The translations under genes and the position numbers were made by a program. This document shows positions 39,499-51,739 of a stretch of 64,000 nucleotides of DNA, piece after piece (positions within the stretch are counted from its first letter, which is position 1; every line of letters begins with the position of its first letter). Source of the DNA: Octopus sinensis (taxonomy: Eukaryota); NCBI RefSeq assembly GCF_006345805.1, contig NC_042997.1:80600001-80664000 (forward strand), read 5' to 3'. The notes beneath the pieces were generated by a model. It was not told the origin of the DNA and made no database searches. It saw nothing but the letters and a program-made list of their open reading frames with translations.

Positions 39499-42360
39499 TC
39501 AGACAGCCAGAAGGGAAGCTTGTATCAGACAGCCAGAAGGGAAGCTAGGAGACAGGTTTATTTAGCCAGAGGGGAAGCGGATAAGAAAAAATTTGCCAAT
39601 GTTCTGCGCCGTGAGGATGAAAGACTTGAGGTATTTCGTGTTGCAAGACAGTGTGTGAGAGAGAATTGTGATGTGGTAGGAGAGAAATGTGTCCGCATGG
39701 ATGATGGTTCACTTGCGCTAAATGAGGATGCAAAGAGAGAGGTTTGGAGATGCCACTATGAAAGGTTGCTGAATAAAGAAAATGAATGGGATAAAGAGAG
39801 TCTGCCGAATGTCAACCCAACAGAGGGACCAGCCATCCGAGTTGACTATTCTTTGGTAGTTAAAGCAATTAGAAGCATGAAGACAGGGAAATCCCCAGGC
39901 CCATCAGGAATTACTGCAGAGATGCTCAAAATATCTGGCAGTGTCGGCTATAACCTAGTCACCCATATAGTTAACCAGGTGATACACGAAGGAGTCATAC
40001 CCAATGACTGGTGTAGCAGCATAATAGTCAACTGCTACAAAGGTAAAGGTGACGCCCTAGATACAAATAATTACAGAGGTATCAAGCTGTTGGATCAGGT
40101 AATGAAGGTTACAGAGAGGGTCATAGCCCAACTGATTAGGGAGAGAGTCAATTTGGACGAGATGCAGTTTGGTTTCATGCCAGGGAAAAGCACCACTGAT
40201 GCCATATTTCTGGTGAGACAGCTGCAGGAGAAATACCTAGCCAAAGATAAGCCATTATACCTGGCTTTTGTTGACATGGAGAAAGCCTTTGACAGGGTCC
40301 CCCGATCCCTTATCAATGAGGAAACTAGGGATAGATGAATGGCTGGTGAGGGCTGTGCAAGCCATGTACAGGGAAGCCGTAAGTAAGGTAAGGGTTGGCA
40401 ACATGTACACAGAAGAATTCAAAGTAGAGGTTGGGGTCCACCAGGGTCCAGTACTCAGCCCCCTCCTATTTATCATAGTCCTCCAAGCAATTACGGAGGA
40501 ATTCAAGACAGGTTGCCCCTGGGAGCTCCTATATGCTAACGACCTTGCTCTAATTGCTGAGTCGCTGTCAGAACTGGAGGAGAAGTTCCGGGTGTGGAAG
40601 GAGGGTCTAGAATCGAAGGGCCTTAGAGTCAAAACCAAAGTACTAATAAGTAGGAAGGTAGACAAACCACAAATGTCTTCAGGAAGATGGCCCTGCTCGA
40701 TCTGTAGAAAAGGTATAGGTAGGCAGCCAGTGTAAGCTATGGACACATAAGAGGTGCAGCAATGTCAAAGGAAGGCTAACTGGGAAGATAGTTTTTATAT
40801 GTGGCAGATGCTCAGGAGCAATAATCTCTGAAAATCTGCAGAAAACAACTTCCGTCACTTCCAGGGGCAAAAACTAGAAGTAGTTGATAGCTTCCGTTAT
40901 CTAGGTGACCAAGTCAGTAGTGGGGGTGGGTGCATTGAAAGTGTAACTGCTAGAGTAAGAATAGCCTGGGCAAAGTTTAGGGAGCTCTTACCTCTGCTGG
41001 TGACTAAAGGCCTCTCGCTCAGAGTAAAAGGCAGACTGTATGATGCATGTGTACGAACAGCCATGCTACATGGCAGTGAAACATGGGCCATGACTGCTGA
41101 GGACATGCGTAAGCTCGCGAGGAATGAAGCCAATATGCTCCGATGGATGTGTAATGTCAGTGTTCATACTTGACAGAGCGTTAGTACCCTGAGAGAAATG
41201 TTGGACCTAAGAAGCATCAGTTGTGGTGTGCAAGAGAGACGATTGCGCTGGTATGGTCATGTGGCGAGAATGGATGAAGATAGGTGTGTGAAAAAGTGCC
41301 AATCCCTAGCAGTTGAGGGAACCCGTGGAAGAGGTAGACCCAGGAAAACCTGGGACTAGGTGGTGAAGCACGACCTTCGAACCTTGGGTCTCACTGAGGA
41401 AATGACCAGCGACCGAGACCTTTGGAAATATGCTGTGCGTGAGATGACCAGGCAGGACAAGTGAGTCCAGCCCACTTATGCATGCCTTTCCCCCCTTGGA
41501 CACACAAAGACCTGTTGAGGCAAGCGAAGTCTATATCGAACCTCATCCGACGACAAGCACCCATGCCAACCCCCTTTGCTTGCGAAGACATGTTGGGGCA
41601 AGTGAAATCGAATTCGAAATTGAACCAATCCTATGACTAGCACCTGGCAGATGCCAGGGCCCTGGAGGTATGTAAAAAGCACTATCCGAATTGTGGCCGA
41701 TGCCAGTGCCGCCTCGACTGGCTTCCGTGTCGGTGGCACGTAAAAAGCACCATTGACAGGCACCTTATGGTAACCCCCCTTGCTTGCGAAGACCTGTTGG
41801 GGCAAGTGAAATTGAAATCGAAATTGAACCAATCCTATGACTAGCACCTGGCAGATGCCAGGGCCCTGGGACTGGAGGTACGTAAAAAGCACTATTCGAA
41901 TTGTGGCCGATGCCAGTGCCGCCTCGACTGGCTTCCGTGCCGGTGGCACGTAAAAAGCACCATCCGAATCGTAGCCGAAGCCAGTGCCGCCTCGACTGGC
42001 TTCCATAAAATGCACCATCCGAATTGTGGCCGATGCCAGCGCGGCCTCGACTGGCTTCCGTGTTGGTGGCACGTAAAAAGCACCATCCAAATCGTAGCCG
42101 AAGCCAGTACCGCCTTGACTGGCTTCCATAAAATGCACCAATCCAACCGTGGCCAATGGCAGCCTCGCCTGGCACCAGTGCAGGTGGCACATAAAAAGCA
42201 CCCACTACACTCACAGAGTGGTTGGCGTTAGGAAGGGCATCCAGCTGTAGAAACTTTGCCAGATAAGACCGGAGCCTGGTGCAGCCTTCTGGCTTCCCAG
42301 ATCCCCGGTCGAACCGTCCAACCCATGCTAGCATGGAGAACGGACGTTAAACGATGATGA
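39497..42360 (+). mobile_element. 5'-truncated RTE-clade LINE, defective
   Basis: RT motifs KGDALDTNNYRGIKLL, QFGFMPGKSTTDAIF, LAFVDMEKAFDRV, VHQGPVLSPLLF, LYANDL. Frameshifts near 40312 and 40725 and in-frame stops near 41171 and 41357 relative to the 59-kb copy. Long 3' UTR ending AACGGACGTTAAACGATGATGA. Confidence 0.95.
41570..42140 (+). repeat. Modular tandem repeats in the RTE 3' UTR
   Basis: A ~205-bp unit twice, then a ~122-bp unit; GCCAGTGCCGCCTCGACTGGC-like motif at 41702, 41912, 41980, 42035 and 42103. Confidence 0.9.
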
Positions 42361-42384
42361 ATAATAATAATACTAATAATAATA

Positions 42385-43287
42385 GACAGTGGCTCTCATG
42401 GCTTCTGATCTTAACTGATTGGAAGTTATCATATAGATTGTTTTTGTCTCGGTATAAAAGATGGGCTACAACAATGTTCTGCTCAACATCACAGTTGACC
42501 AGTTGTTTGACCTTACTTAACCAGTTAAGCATGTCCTTTAGTGGCTGGCGATATGTGCATCTCTGATCATGAGCAGAAGTAGTGAGGGAGCATCATAGCC
42601 ATGTGTTGAGCACCATGTCGTGCACATATGGTTGTGCCTGGTGTGCCCTTATCAGACAGGTAGTTATGATGAGTATACTTGGCTTCATAAATTTTACCTG
42701 TGTCACTTTGATGGCATGCACTGCTCTCTCACTCAATAATAATAATAAAAATGATGATGATGATAATAATAATAATGCCTTGATGCAGTACCAGGCCATT
42801 GCTCTCATGGTTTCTGATCTTAACTGATTGAAAGTGTTATCATGTACATGTTTAGTCTTTGTATAAAAGATGGGCTACAGCAAATACTCTGCTCAATACC
42901 ACAGATTTACTTGTCAGTTGCTTGACCATAGTCAGTTGAGCATGTCCCTTAGTGGCTGATAATATATGCATCTCTGATCCCAAGCAGGAGTTGAGGGATA
43001 TTCTTTGGGGTCTGAATAATTCACTCCTGGAAACATGGGTGTTTCATTCATCATCCTTAATCCTTATTCAGAGACCTTTTGAGTGAGATGAGCTACTCGA
43101 ACTGAAGAACTGGGCCCAGCTAGCAAGGTCATGTCTTTTTTATTTTGATATGAGGTCATCATGTACATGTAGTTGTGATGCATGTGCTAGGTGTAACCTT
43201 ATCAGACAGGTAGTCATGATGGGAATATTGGGCTTCATATATTTGTATCTTAGTGTCACTTTGATGGTGTGTACTGCTCCCTCACTC

Positions 43288-43330
<43 letters not shown>
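42385..43330 (-). mobile_element. Cluster of SINE-like family C copies interleaved with a second short repeat, separated by (AAT)n
   Basis: 42385-42610 and 42775-43130 match 31405-32075. 42612-42750 and 43155-43290 match each other (CCTTATCAGACAGGTAG...CTCACTCAATAATAAT). Confidence 0.75.
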
Positions 43331-43333
<3 letters not shown>

Positions 43334-43984
43334 TGAAAAATGTGAAGAGCTGGCTTTACAAAAAGTGATGTGGTTAGAATTTTTTTAAATTTAAGTTTTA
43401 AAAGTACAATCTAACTTAATATTTGATTTCTTTCCTGTTAGAATTCTAAATATGGAAATTTAATCAGTCAAACCAAAGAAGGAAAACAACCTAGCTTTTA
43501 ACAAAGGAAATCAAATCTCAAAATTACTAGTAGCAAAAATAAAAGAATCTGTCAGTACACAAAAGAGAGACTGAAAAATGAGTGTTGAAAGTAATAAAAT
43601 GCACACCCAGGAAAAAAAAAACCCAAACAAATGACCTGCAGCAAATAGAAGAGACAATGACATCCTTTTAATAAGATATTCTGCTACAGACATTGAACAC
43701 TAATTGTCAAAAACAGAGCTCGTCAATTATTTGTTGATAAAAATGACAAATGATACCGACTGTCAAAATCACTTAGTAATGAAATACTAGAATTGATGTG
43801 TGTGTGCACATGTGCCTGAAGGGTGTCAGGCTGAGCATGAGCATGCACACAGATAAGCTCTTCAATCACATCAAATTAAGAAGACAAACTGGTCCTCTCC
43901 CCTCATCCCCAACTCAATTAGATAACTGATTGTGTCCCAACATCATCAAACAATGCACTTTCTGAGTTTGCTCATATTTTCACC

Positions 43985-44090
43985 AAACTCTACAAACCAA
44001 ATCAGACTGGAGTCTGGTGCACCTCTCCAGCTCTGATCAAACCATCCAACCAATGGACAAGAGATGTTAATGCTGCTGATGATGATGCTT
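43985..44090 (+). mobile_element. Short RTE 3' tail
   Basis: AAATCAGACTGGAGTCTGGTGCA...CCATCCAACC...GATGATGATG. Confidence 0.6.
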
Positions 44091-44369
44091 TTAGAAAATA
44101 AAATATTAAAGAAAGATTACCTAAATGAAAGTAACATCACTGAGGCTACCAACTAATGAACCTATCACTTTCACTTTCAATATAGCAAAAATGTAAAAGT
44201 AATAGTAAACAATGATGCTTTTATCACCTTGGGCCTCAGTTGTTACCAATATGGTGCCTACTGAGCTGGATCAACCAAAAATGTTTTATCTTCAATAATT
44301 ATATTTCAGTTACCATATTGTCAGCCAAGAGGTTGAAAAGTAAAGTGAATAACCTGTGAAGTGTTATCA

Positions 44370-44580
44370 TTATCAACATCATCATTTAGCATCTGTTTTT
44401 CATAGTGGCACGAGTTAGATGGTTTGATTGGAGCTCGTAAGCCAAAGAGCTGTACCAGTTCCAGTCTGATTTGGCTTGGATTCTAGAGCTTGATATCCTT
44501 CCTGATGCAACCACTCCAAGAATGAAGTGGGTGCCTTTTACATGTCACAGGCACCATCCACGACTATGATTTCACTTGGC
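44370..44580 (-). mobile_element. RTE 3' tail, reverse orientation
   Basis: CATCATCATTTAGCATC...CCAGTCTGATTTGG...ATCCTTCCTGATGCAACCACTCC...GTGCTTTTTACATG. Confidence 0.7.
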
Positions 44581-44886
44581 ACAGTAAATCACTTGTCATC
44601 ACGTCCATAAGTGAAATTTCAAATCAGAATTCAAAGGTACATGGCAATGAATTTCAAGGCACTCTAATTAAGAAACTAAACTAAGCAGAACAAATACAGC
44701 TCTATGTAGGGTGGGACAAGAAAGTTTCAGCCTGGTCATTTAACGAGTTCAAAATAGAAGCCAAATCATTCTCAAGTCATGCACAAGTGTCTTCAAAACA
44801 CACAATGACTAATATAGTCCAGTGCATCTTATGCCTGAAAATAAGAACAAGATGGTCAAATGATGGTTGCCCTTCGGGTGAACATA

Positions 44887-46149
44887 CTAGGTAATCCCAT
44901 AAATGATGCAGTTTTTTGCTATTGCATGAACAGAGAAGGATGGGATAAACTACCTGCATCAACTTGCTATAAAAGCAGGTAGTAATTTTACCATGCCCTT
45001 ATTCTTAGTGCAAGTTTTGAAGAGTGCAGTTTGATTTTAACAGTTATTTTTTCAAAGCTATAATGGAAGTGACAAAGGAGCATATTCAGTATATTTTGCT
45101 TTATGAGTTCGATAAAGACAACAATGTAACAGAGAGTGCGAGGAATACTAATGCGGTATATGGAGATTGGACAATACGCATAAGCTAGTGTCAATAGTGA
45201 TTCCAGAAATTCCAAGATGGAAACTACAGCCTAGAAGACAAACCTCATCCTGGAAGATCTGTAGCGCTTGAAGAGAACATCCTGCAAACCCTGGTGGAAC
45301 AAAATTCCATCCTAACTGTTGAGAAACTAGCAGAAAAGCATGGATTTGATCATTCAACCATTCAGTGACACTTGTGTGCCATTGGAAAAGTCAGCAAATT
45401 GGGTCAATGGGTCCCTCACAAACTTTCTGAGTCTAATTGTTTGCAGAGAGTGAATGTGTGCTCTTCTTTGCTGTCACGTCTCAAAAATGAATCTTTTTTG
45501 GACCGAATAGTGACTGGTGAGGAGAAATGGGTTTTCTATAAAAATGTCAAGCACCGAAGACAATGGGTAGGGAAAGGAGAAATACTAGCACCCCAGGCTA
45601 AAGAAGATCTTCACTCATGTAAGATGTTGTTATCTATTTGGTGGGATATGAAGGGTCTAGTCCACTTTGAACTTTTAAACCCAAACCAAACAATAACAAA
45701 GGAGATCTACTGTGAGCCACTTGTAAGTAAGTGCTAGAAGAAAAATGACCATCTTTGGTTTCAAGACGAAAAGTGGTCTTCCATCAGGATAATGCTCGGC
45801 CACATACAACGAGGATGACATTCCAAAGGCTGGAACAGTTTGGATGGGAAACGATGCCCTACTCACCATATTCACCAGACATTGCCCTATCTGATTATCA
45901 TTTATTCCACAGTCTTCACAATCATTTGGACGGAAAAATATGAATTCTGTAGGTGAGGTCAGAACAGTACTGGAGAAATATTTTTCATCACGGACAAGTG
46001 AATCTTGGGAGAGGGTCCTTGAAAGTCTACCAGATTGATGGAAGAGCACTGTAGAAAATGAAGGAGAGTCTATTTTACATTAAAAAAAGAACTATATTTT
46101 AAAAAATAAAAGAAGTATAAAAAACCACATTATTTATGGGATGACATAA
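44887..46149 (+). mobile_element. Full-length defective mariner (DD34D), 1263 bp
   Basis: Imperfect ~31-bp TIRs with TA at 44885-44886 and 46150-46151. Peptides MEVTKEHIQYILLYEF, WVPHKLSE, IVTGEEKW, HQDNARPH...YSPDIALSDY (34-residue spacing); frameshifts and stops. Confidence 0.9.
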
Positions 46150-46259
46150 TAACTAAAAGTGAACCAGGAACTAATTATACTACAGCTAATAGCCTTTCTT
46201 TATGAACAAACTAACAAAGAAGAAATGAAAAAATGACACATTCAGGTGTGCTGATGCCC

Positions 46260-46450
46260 AATTTTTTACCAACCCTGTCCACAAATTCAGCAGGGAGAGA
46301 TCAGTTGATTAAATTAACTCAGCTACTTGATTAGCATTTTATTTTATCATCAAAAGAAAGATGGAAACCAAAATTGATTATGGTTGACTTGGAATATAAT
46401 CCACCCCGACTAAATATAAAAAGATTTTGTCTAGCACTCTAATGATCGTC
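46260..46450 (-). mobile_element. SINE family A (degraded)
   Basis: AAATTCAGCAGGG...TACTTGATTAGCATTTTATTTTATC...AAAGATGGAAACCAAAATTGA. Confidence 0.5.
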
Positions 46451-46459
46451 AATTCATTA

Positions 46460-46625
46460 CAATAATAATGATAATAAAAAATATCAAAAGAAACCTCACA
46501 ATATTACACATTGTCTCAAAAGTAGCTCTGCTAGGAACAGCCCACATCTTACACAAGATTGTCAATTCAATAGAATAGCTCATATAGATCAATCATCTCA
46601 CACAAAACACTATACAACAATCATC
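46460..46625 (+). mobile_element. 3' fragment of an R4/Dong LINE
   Basis: KVALLGTAHILHKI C-terminal motif, starting after an AAT-like tract. Confidence 0.5.
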
Positions 46626-46627
46626 TA

Positions 46628-48397
46628 TCAGGTTGAGTAAAAAATAAGCAATATTTTGAAACATGAAGAATTTGTACTGGATTTTCGCAAAGTTTTGAAT
46701 TTTTTAAAAGCATTTTTAAAAAAATTGTCTGATAATACAGACATAGACTTGCCCAAATGCATCAATAAATTAACTGATATTTTATTCACCATTGTTACAA
46801 TCATCTGAAATGGAAGTGTCCAAGTGCAATATTCAAGCAATTTTGCTATTTAACTTTTAGAAATGATGTGAAGCAGCTGAAACTCCTCGCAATATCAATG
46901 AAACGGTTGGTGAGGAAATGACCACTGAGTGGTCAGCTCGAAAATGGTTTGAATGATTTCGCAGTGGAGACCTGAGCCTTGAAGATTGTGAGCATAATGG
47001 ACGCCCATCTGTCATTGATGATGGTCAATTAAAGACTGTCATTGTGGAAGATCCATGTAAAGAGAACAGGCAAAAGAACTTCAAGTTAGTCAGAATACTG
47101 CCTGCAGCCATTTGCATGCGATCGGAAAATCAAAAAAGCTGGACAAATGAGTACCATACTATTTGAATGAAAATCAGAAAATGCGCAGATATGAAATTTG
47201 CTCATTGCTTCTCCATAACCAGACTGATCCATTTCTCAACTGTATTGTAATTGTACAATAATAAAAAATGTTCTTTGCAGTGGTTGGACCAAAATGAAGC
47301 ACTGAAAACCTTCCCTAAACCCAAGTCCTTCAAAAAGAAGTTTATGGTGATTGTTTGGTGGTGTACTGCTGGACTCATCCACTATAACTTCTTAAAACCT
47401 AGAAAAAATATCAGTGTAGAAACATATTGCCATGAAATTGCCAAAATGATGAAAAACTGCAACTCCTCCATCCCAAACAGGTCAACAGAAGAGAGCCAAT
47501 CATTCTTTGTGACAATGCTCAACCACACATTTCATTAATGATGCTCCAGAAGTTGAGAGAACTTGGCTAAGTAGTTCTTCCCCACCCAGCTTATTCCTCA
47601 GACCTTTCTCCTACCAACTACCACTTTTCAAGCACTTTGATGGTTTTCTGTGAGAGAAGAAGTTCAAAAATGAAACCAATGCTGAAAGTGCATTCAAAGA
47701 GTTCATCAGAACTTCAGATTTTTATGTTACTGGAATAAACAAACTTGTAACTCATTGGCAAAACTGTGTTGACTGTAATGGTACTTACTTTGATGAATAA
47801 AATTTTTGCATTGTTGAAATACTGTAAGTCCTCGAGTATAGTCCGCCCTTGAGTATAATACGCAGGGGATTTTTAGGGGGCTGTACCTCTGAAAAACCTA
47901 AACCTTGTGTATAATACGCATCCCTTCTCTAACTTGAGTCGTGTGTCATTAAGCCAGCAGCAGCTATTCGAACAACACTTCCGCGCATGCGTAATACAAT
48001 AATGGTGATGTTCTTAACTGTTATATGGGAATGTAAATATGTTTGCAAATTGTTTTTGTTACATGTTATTCTGTGTTCTGAATACTTTTATTTTAATAAA
48101 TGTTGTTTACTGCAAGTTATGGATGATTCTTTTATGACTTCATTGCTTTCAGGCTTAGCTTAAGGTATTTTTGAATCCGACATCACAAAATGCATCTGAA
48201 TAAGCATTGCTGGACAGCAAATAGAGACTCAGACATTGCTTAGAAAATATTTTTCATTTTTAACCTCGTATATAGTACGCACTAGGGATTTTGACCTTTA
48301 AATTTTGGGGGGAAAATGTGGATTATACTCGAGGATTTACGGTATATTGTGATGAATTTCATGTTTCAAAATGCTGCTTACTTTTTGCTCCACCTGA
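46628..48397 (+). mobile_element. Defective mariner (DD34D) interrupted by a MITE
   Basis: 40-bp TIRs with 5 mismatches (TCAGGT(T/G)GAG...TTTTGAAACATGAA); TA at 46626-46627 and 48398-48399. Peptides FRSGDLSLED, FMVIVWWCTAGLIHYNFL, DNAQPH...HPAYSSDLSPTNY. Confidence 0.9.
47822..48342. mobile_element. pogo/Passer-type MITE (521 bp) nested in the mariner
   Basis: 25-bp TIRs C(T/C)GTAA(G/A)TCCTCGAGTATA(G/A)TCC(G/A)C with 4 mismatches; TA TSD at 47820-47821 and 48343-48344; subterminal GTATAATACGCA repeats; no ORF. Confidence 0.9.
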
Positions 48398-48504
48398 TAA
48401 TAATCTAAAAAGCATAATTTATGCAACATATACTATACAGGCTAATAAACTGACACAAGTCATCTTACATATACTACATACATCTTGTTATCCAAGAGAA
48501 AGAC

Positions 48505-48690
48505 AAAGGCCAATACAGCTTGGTACAATTTACTTCGCAACTCATTTCTACAGCTGAGTGAACTGGAGCAATGTGAAATGAAGTATCTTGCTCAAGAACA
48601 CAACACACAGCTTGGTCTGAGAATCAAACTCACTACCTCATGACTGTGAGCTTGATGCTCTAACCACTGAACCATGAGCCTTCACATCAC
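48505..48690 (-). mobile_element. tRNA-derived SINE
   Basis: Reverse complement of the 12888 head (CTACCTCATGACTGTGAG...CTAACCACTG). Confidence 0.7.
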
Positions 48691-48714
48691 AATAATTATT
48701 ATAATGATAGTGGC

Positions 48715-49145
48715 TCCTAATTGAGGTCAGAAATTTTAAGGGGAAGAGTTAACCAATATCACTGACCCCAGTATTTGACTGGTACTATGTTATACCAACA
48801 CCAAAAGGATGAAAAGCAAAGATGACCTCAGTGATATTTGAACCCAGAACATAAAGAGCTCAAGCAAATACCATAAAGCATTTTTGTTGATGCTATAGGA
48901 ATTTTGTCATCTATCACCCTAATAATGATATCAAATTTTGGCACAAGGCCAGCAAGTTCAGAGGAGGAGTTAAATCGATTACGTCAACCCCAGTGTTCCA
49001 TTGGTACTTATTTTATTGACACCAAAAGGATGAAAAGCAAAGTCAACCCTAGGCGGAATTTGAACTCAGAATGTAAAGAAGGACAAAATGCTGCTAAGCA
49101 TTTTGCCCGGCATGCTAACAACTCTGTCAACTTGCCACTTTCAAC
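48715..49145 (-). mobile_element. Two tandem family-A SINEs
   Basis: AAAGGATGAAAAGCAAAG core at ~48805 and ~49026, each with head and tail. Confidence 0.8.
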
Positions 49146-49299
49146 CACTCTAATAATAACAACACAAAGACAGAAACAGAAATCAAAACAGATTCTATGT
49201 CTCTAAGAGTAAGTCAAAAGGAGTAATTAAAAAGGTAATAATTTATAGATTTATGTTGAAACAAAAATGCTAAAGCAATACTGTCTACTTTAATTTATT

Positions 49300-49515
49300 T
49301 ATTTTTCGACTCTAGGCACAAGGCCCGAAATTTTGGAGGAGGAGGGCAGTTGATTCAATTGACTCCAGTACGCAACTGGTACTTAATTTATCAATCCCGA
49401 AAGGATGAAAGGCAAAGTCAACCTCAGCAGAATTTGAACTCAGGACGTAAAGACAGACGAAATACCACTAAGCATTATGCCCAGTGTACTAACGTTTCTG
49501 CCAACTCACTGCCTT
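49300..49515 (-). mobile_element. SINE family A, best-preserved copy
   Basis: Minus strand GGCAGTGAGTTGGCAGAAACGTTAG (A-box-like)...GAGTTCAAATTC (B-box-like)...GCCTTTCATCCTTTCGGGATTGATAAATTAAGTACCAG...TTGTGCCTAGAG. Confidence 0.85.
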
Positions 49516-49924
49516 AAACTTTCTCCTTTAATTATGAAAGTTGTCAGATGTTGCCATAATACTTTGTTTTTTTTTTTCATACTCAAAGGCCTCATCAAAA
49601 ATGTTTAATGTTTATGAGGATCTAATAATTAACAGTCAAGAGAGAGCCTAATTGACTGGAACTGTGTTAGGAGAGTGTAGGGAAAGAGTTCATTCAATAT
49701 AAATTTCGAAGTAAAATTTCATTTTGTCCTTTGGTATTGTTTGAGATATACAAATGAAGTGAAAGTTTTTTTTTTTTTTTTTTTTTGCCCAAGGTTACAT
49801 TAAAAGTTACTGATTTAGATTTTTGACTGGAGTTGAAATAACTTGAAAAATAACCTTTATATTAAAATTTTAAATTACAGGAAAACAACAGCTTACTGAA
49901 AGCCATCCAATGTGTATATATTCT

Positions 49925-50265
49925 CATTTTCTTTTACTTGTTTCAGTTATTGGTCTTTGGCCATGCTGGAGCACCATCTTGAAGGGAATAGTTGAACAAA
50001 CTGACATCATTATTGACCAGAAAGTAAGCAAACCGACATCATTTGTCAAGCAGTAGAAGAACAAACACAAAGATGTATACTCACAAACATAATGATAGAC
50101 TTCCACACAACTGCCATCTACAATATTCACTCAAAGAATTGGTCACACTAGGGACATAATAGAAGACATGTCCAAAGTACCATGCAGTCAGATTGAACCT
50201 GAAACCATATGGTTGCAAGGCAAACTTCATAACACAACTATGCTTACACATCACATGTATGTATG
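49925..50265 (-). mobile_element. SINE family B
   Basis: TTTCAGTTATTGG...GGCCATGCTGGAGCACC tail and TTGAACCTGAAACCATATGGTTG head; reverse of the 51740 copy. Confidence 0.7.
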
Positions 50266-51739
50266 TGTGTGTATTCTGTGTGGTTGCAGTTTTTGTTGTT
50301 TAACTCCACCAGCACTGGACTAACATTTTTACATTCAGGCATTGTGCACCCCTGACTAAATTGCCCAATGTGTCCTTCCTTTTCTAAACCAGTCAGGTGT
50401 GATTTTAGGGCAATTTGCTTGGTAATTCTAACAAGATGAGCAGCCATGCAATGGCTCTCTCATTGACTAATATCAAGGCCACTTTGCTGGCTCATTACAT
50501 TATGCTTGCTGTTGTGTAGACCTTGATTAACACTAATTGAGCAAACATAGAATGAAATGCATTCCAGCTATGATCGTCCAATCTTTTTAGGGGTATGTAA
50601 GACTACATTATATAAGGTATCCTCATTTAAGATTGTAGAGGGAGTTTTTGGTGCTACACCAAACAGGTGACACAACCACACAATATCTCCCTCACTGGTT
50701 CCCTACTATAATGTGTCCTTAGGCAAGAAAGACAACTTGTCCCAGTTTACTTGATTAAAATGGTGTTAGCATATTTAATGCAGCAGACATTAAAAGCTTC
50801 AAGAGAAATATAATTATACAGTGTGGGCAGAATATTAACCAATGACTAATATTTTAATTATTTCAACATGTATGAGAAGCAGCTCTTGACATGTTTCGTC
50901 CTTAATATATCCACATCAGTGAAGTACAGACATCACAATACCTGTTGAAGTAAAATTGTTTAGAGAATAAATAACAGAGAGATGCCATCTACATGAAAAC
51001 CAATAGTTAAGTAATGAGGACAACTATATATTGATTGATTATAATACATTTATGTATTTTATGACTAAATCAAACAGCTTGCTGTAGTAAAACTTAGTTG
51101 GAAAATAAGCTATTTATCAATACTAATTTTGACATTTATGTAACAGAATGGCTTACAGAGAAAAAAGGAGAAGGAGTGCAAGGAAATTATAAAGAAAGTA
51201 TGAGTAATGTCCAAACATTATTACTTTCCAACAGTTAAGCTGACTACAATGATCTGCAAAAGATTCTTAACTTCTTCTTACTAACCTTATAACTTTAAAT
51301 GGTTGAGAGTTATGCTACCAAGAGTAGAAAGTGTCAAGAGAAACTTTGGACTTGCTACATATGAAACATGCAAGAGACATTAACTATAGCGACAATGTAG
51401 ATAAATTTTCAACCATAACACTGCACTTTTCAAATAAGAACTAAGTGTCACAAAATAGAGCCTGTGTACAATGGAGAGACTTGAATGAAGATGATGATAA
51501 CCAGGAAGATAGGCATGACAATGGTTCATAACAGTTGTTAAAAGTTCATCGCTGCTAATTCAATAAAACTATAACAATATATAAAGATATTAGAATATAC
51601 CGGGTGTTTAACACAACCAAAAGTAAATGAAACAAAAAAACTTGTAAACAATGTGCTAAAAAAAAACACATATCAAGTCATGAAAAATGAAGATAATTAA
51701 ACAGAAGTCAATAGTTAATTATTTTTTTCAACAAACACA

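Noticed and set aside
41640-42140. CRISPR-like appearance (palindromic repeats with spacers)
   Set aside because: The spacers are themselves repeated, lengths are irregular, there are no cas genes, and the array lies in a LINE 3' UTR of a eukaryote.
41476-42334. Minus-strand ORFs of 241 and 189 aa
   Set aside because: Antisense readings of GC-rich tandem repeats; the peptides merely repeat the units.
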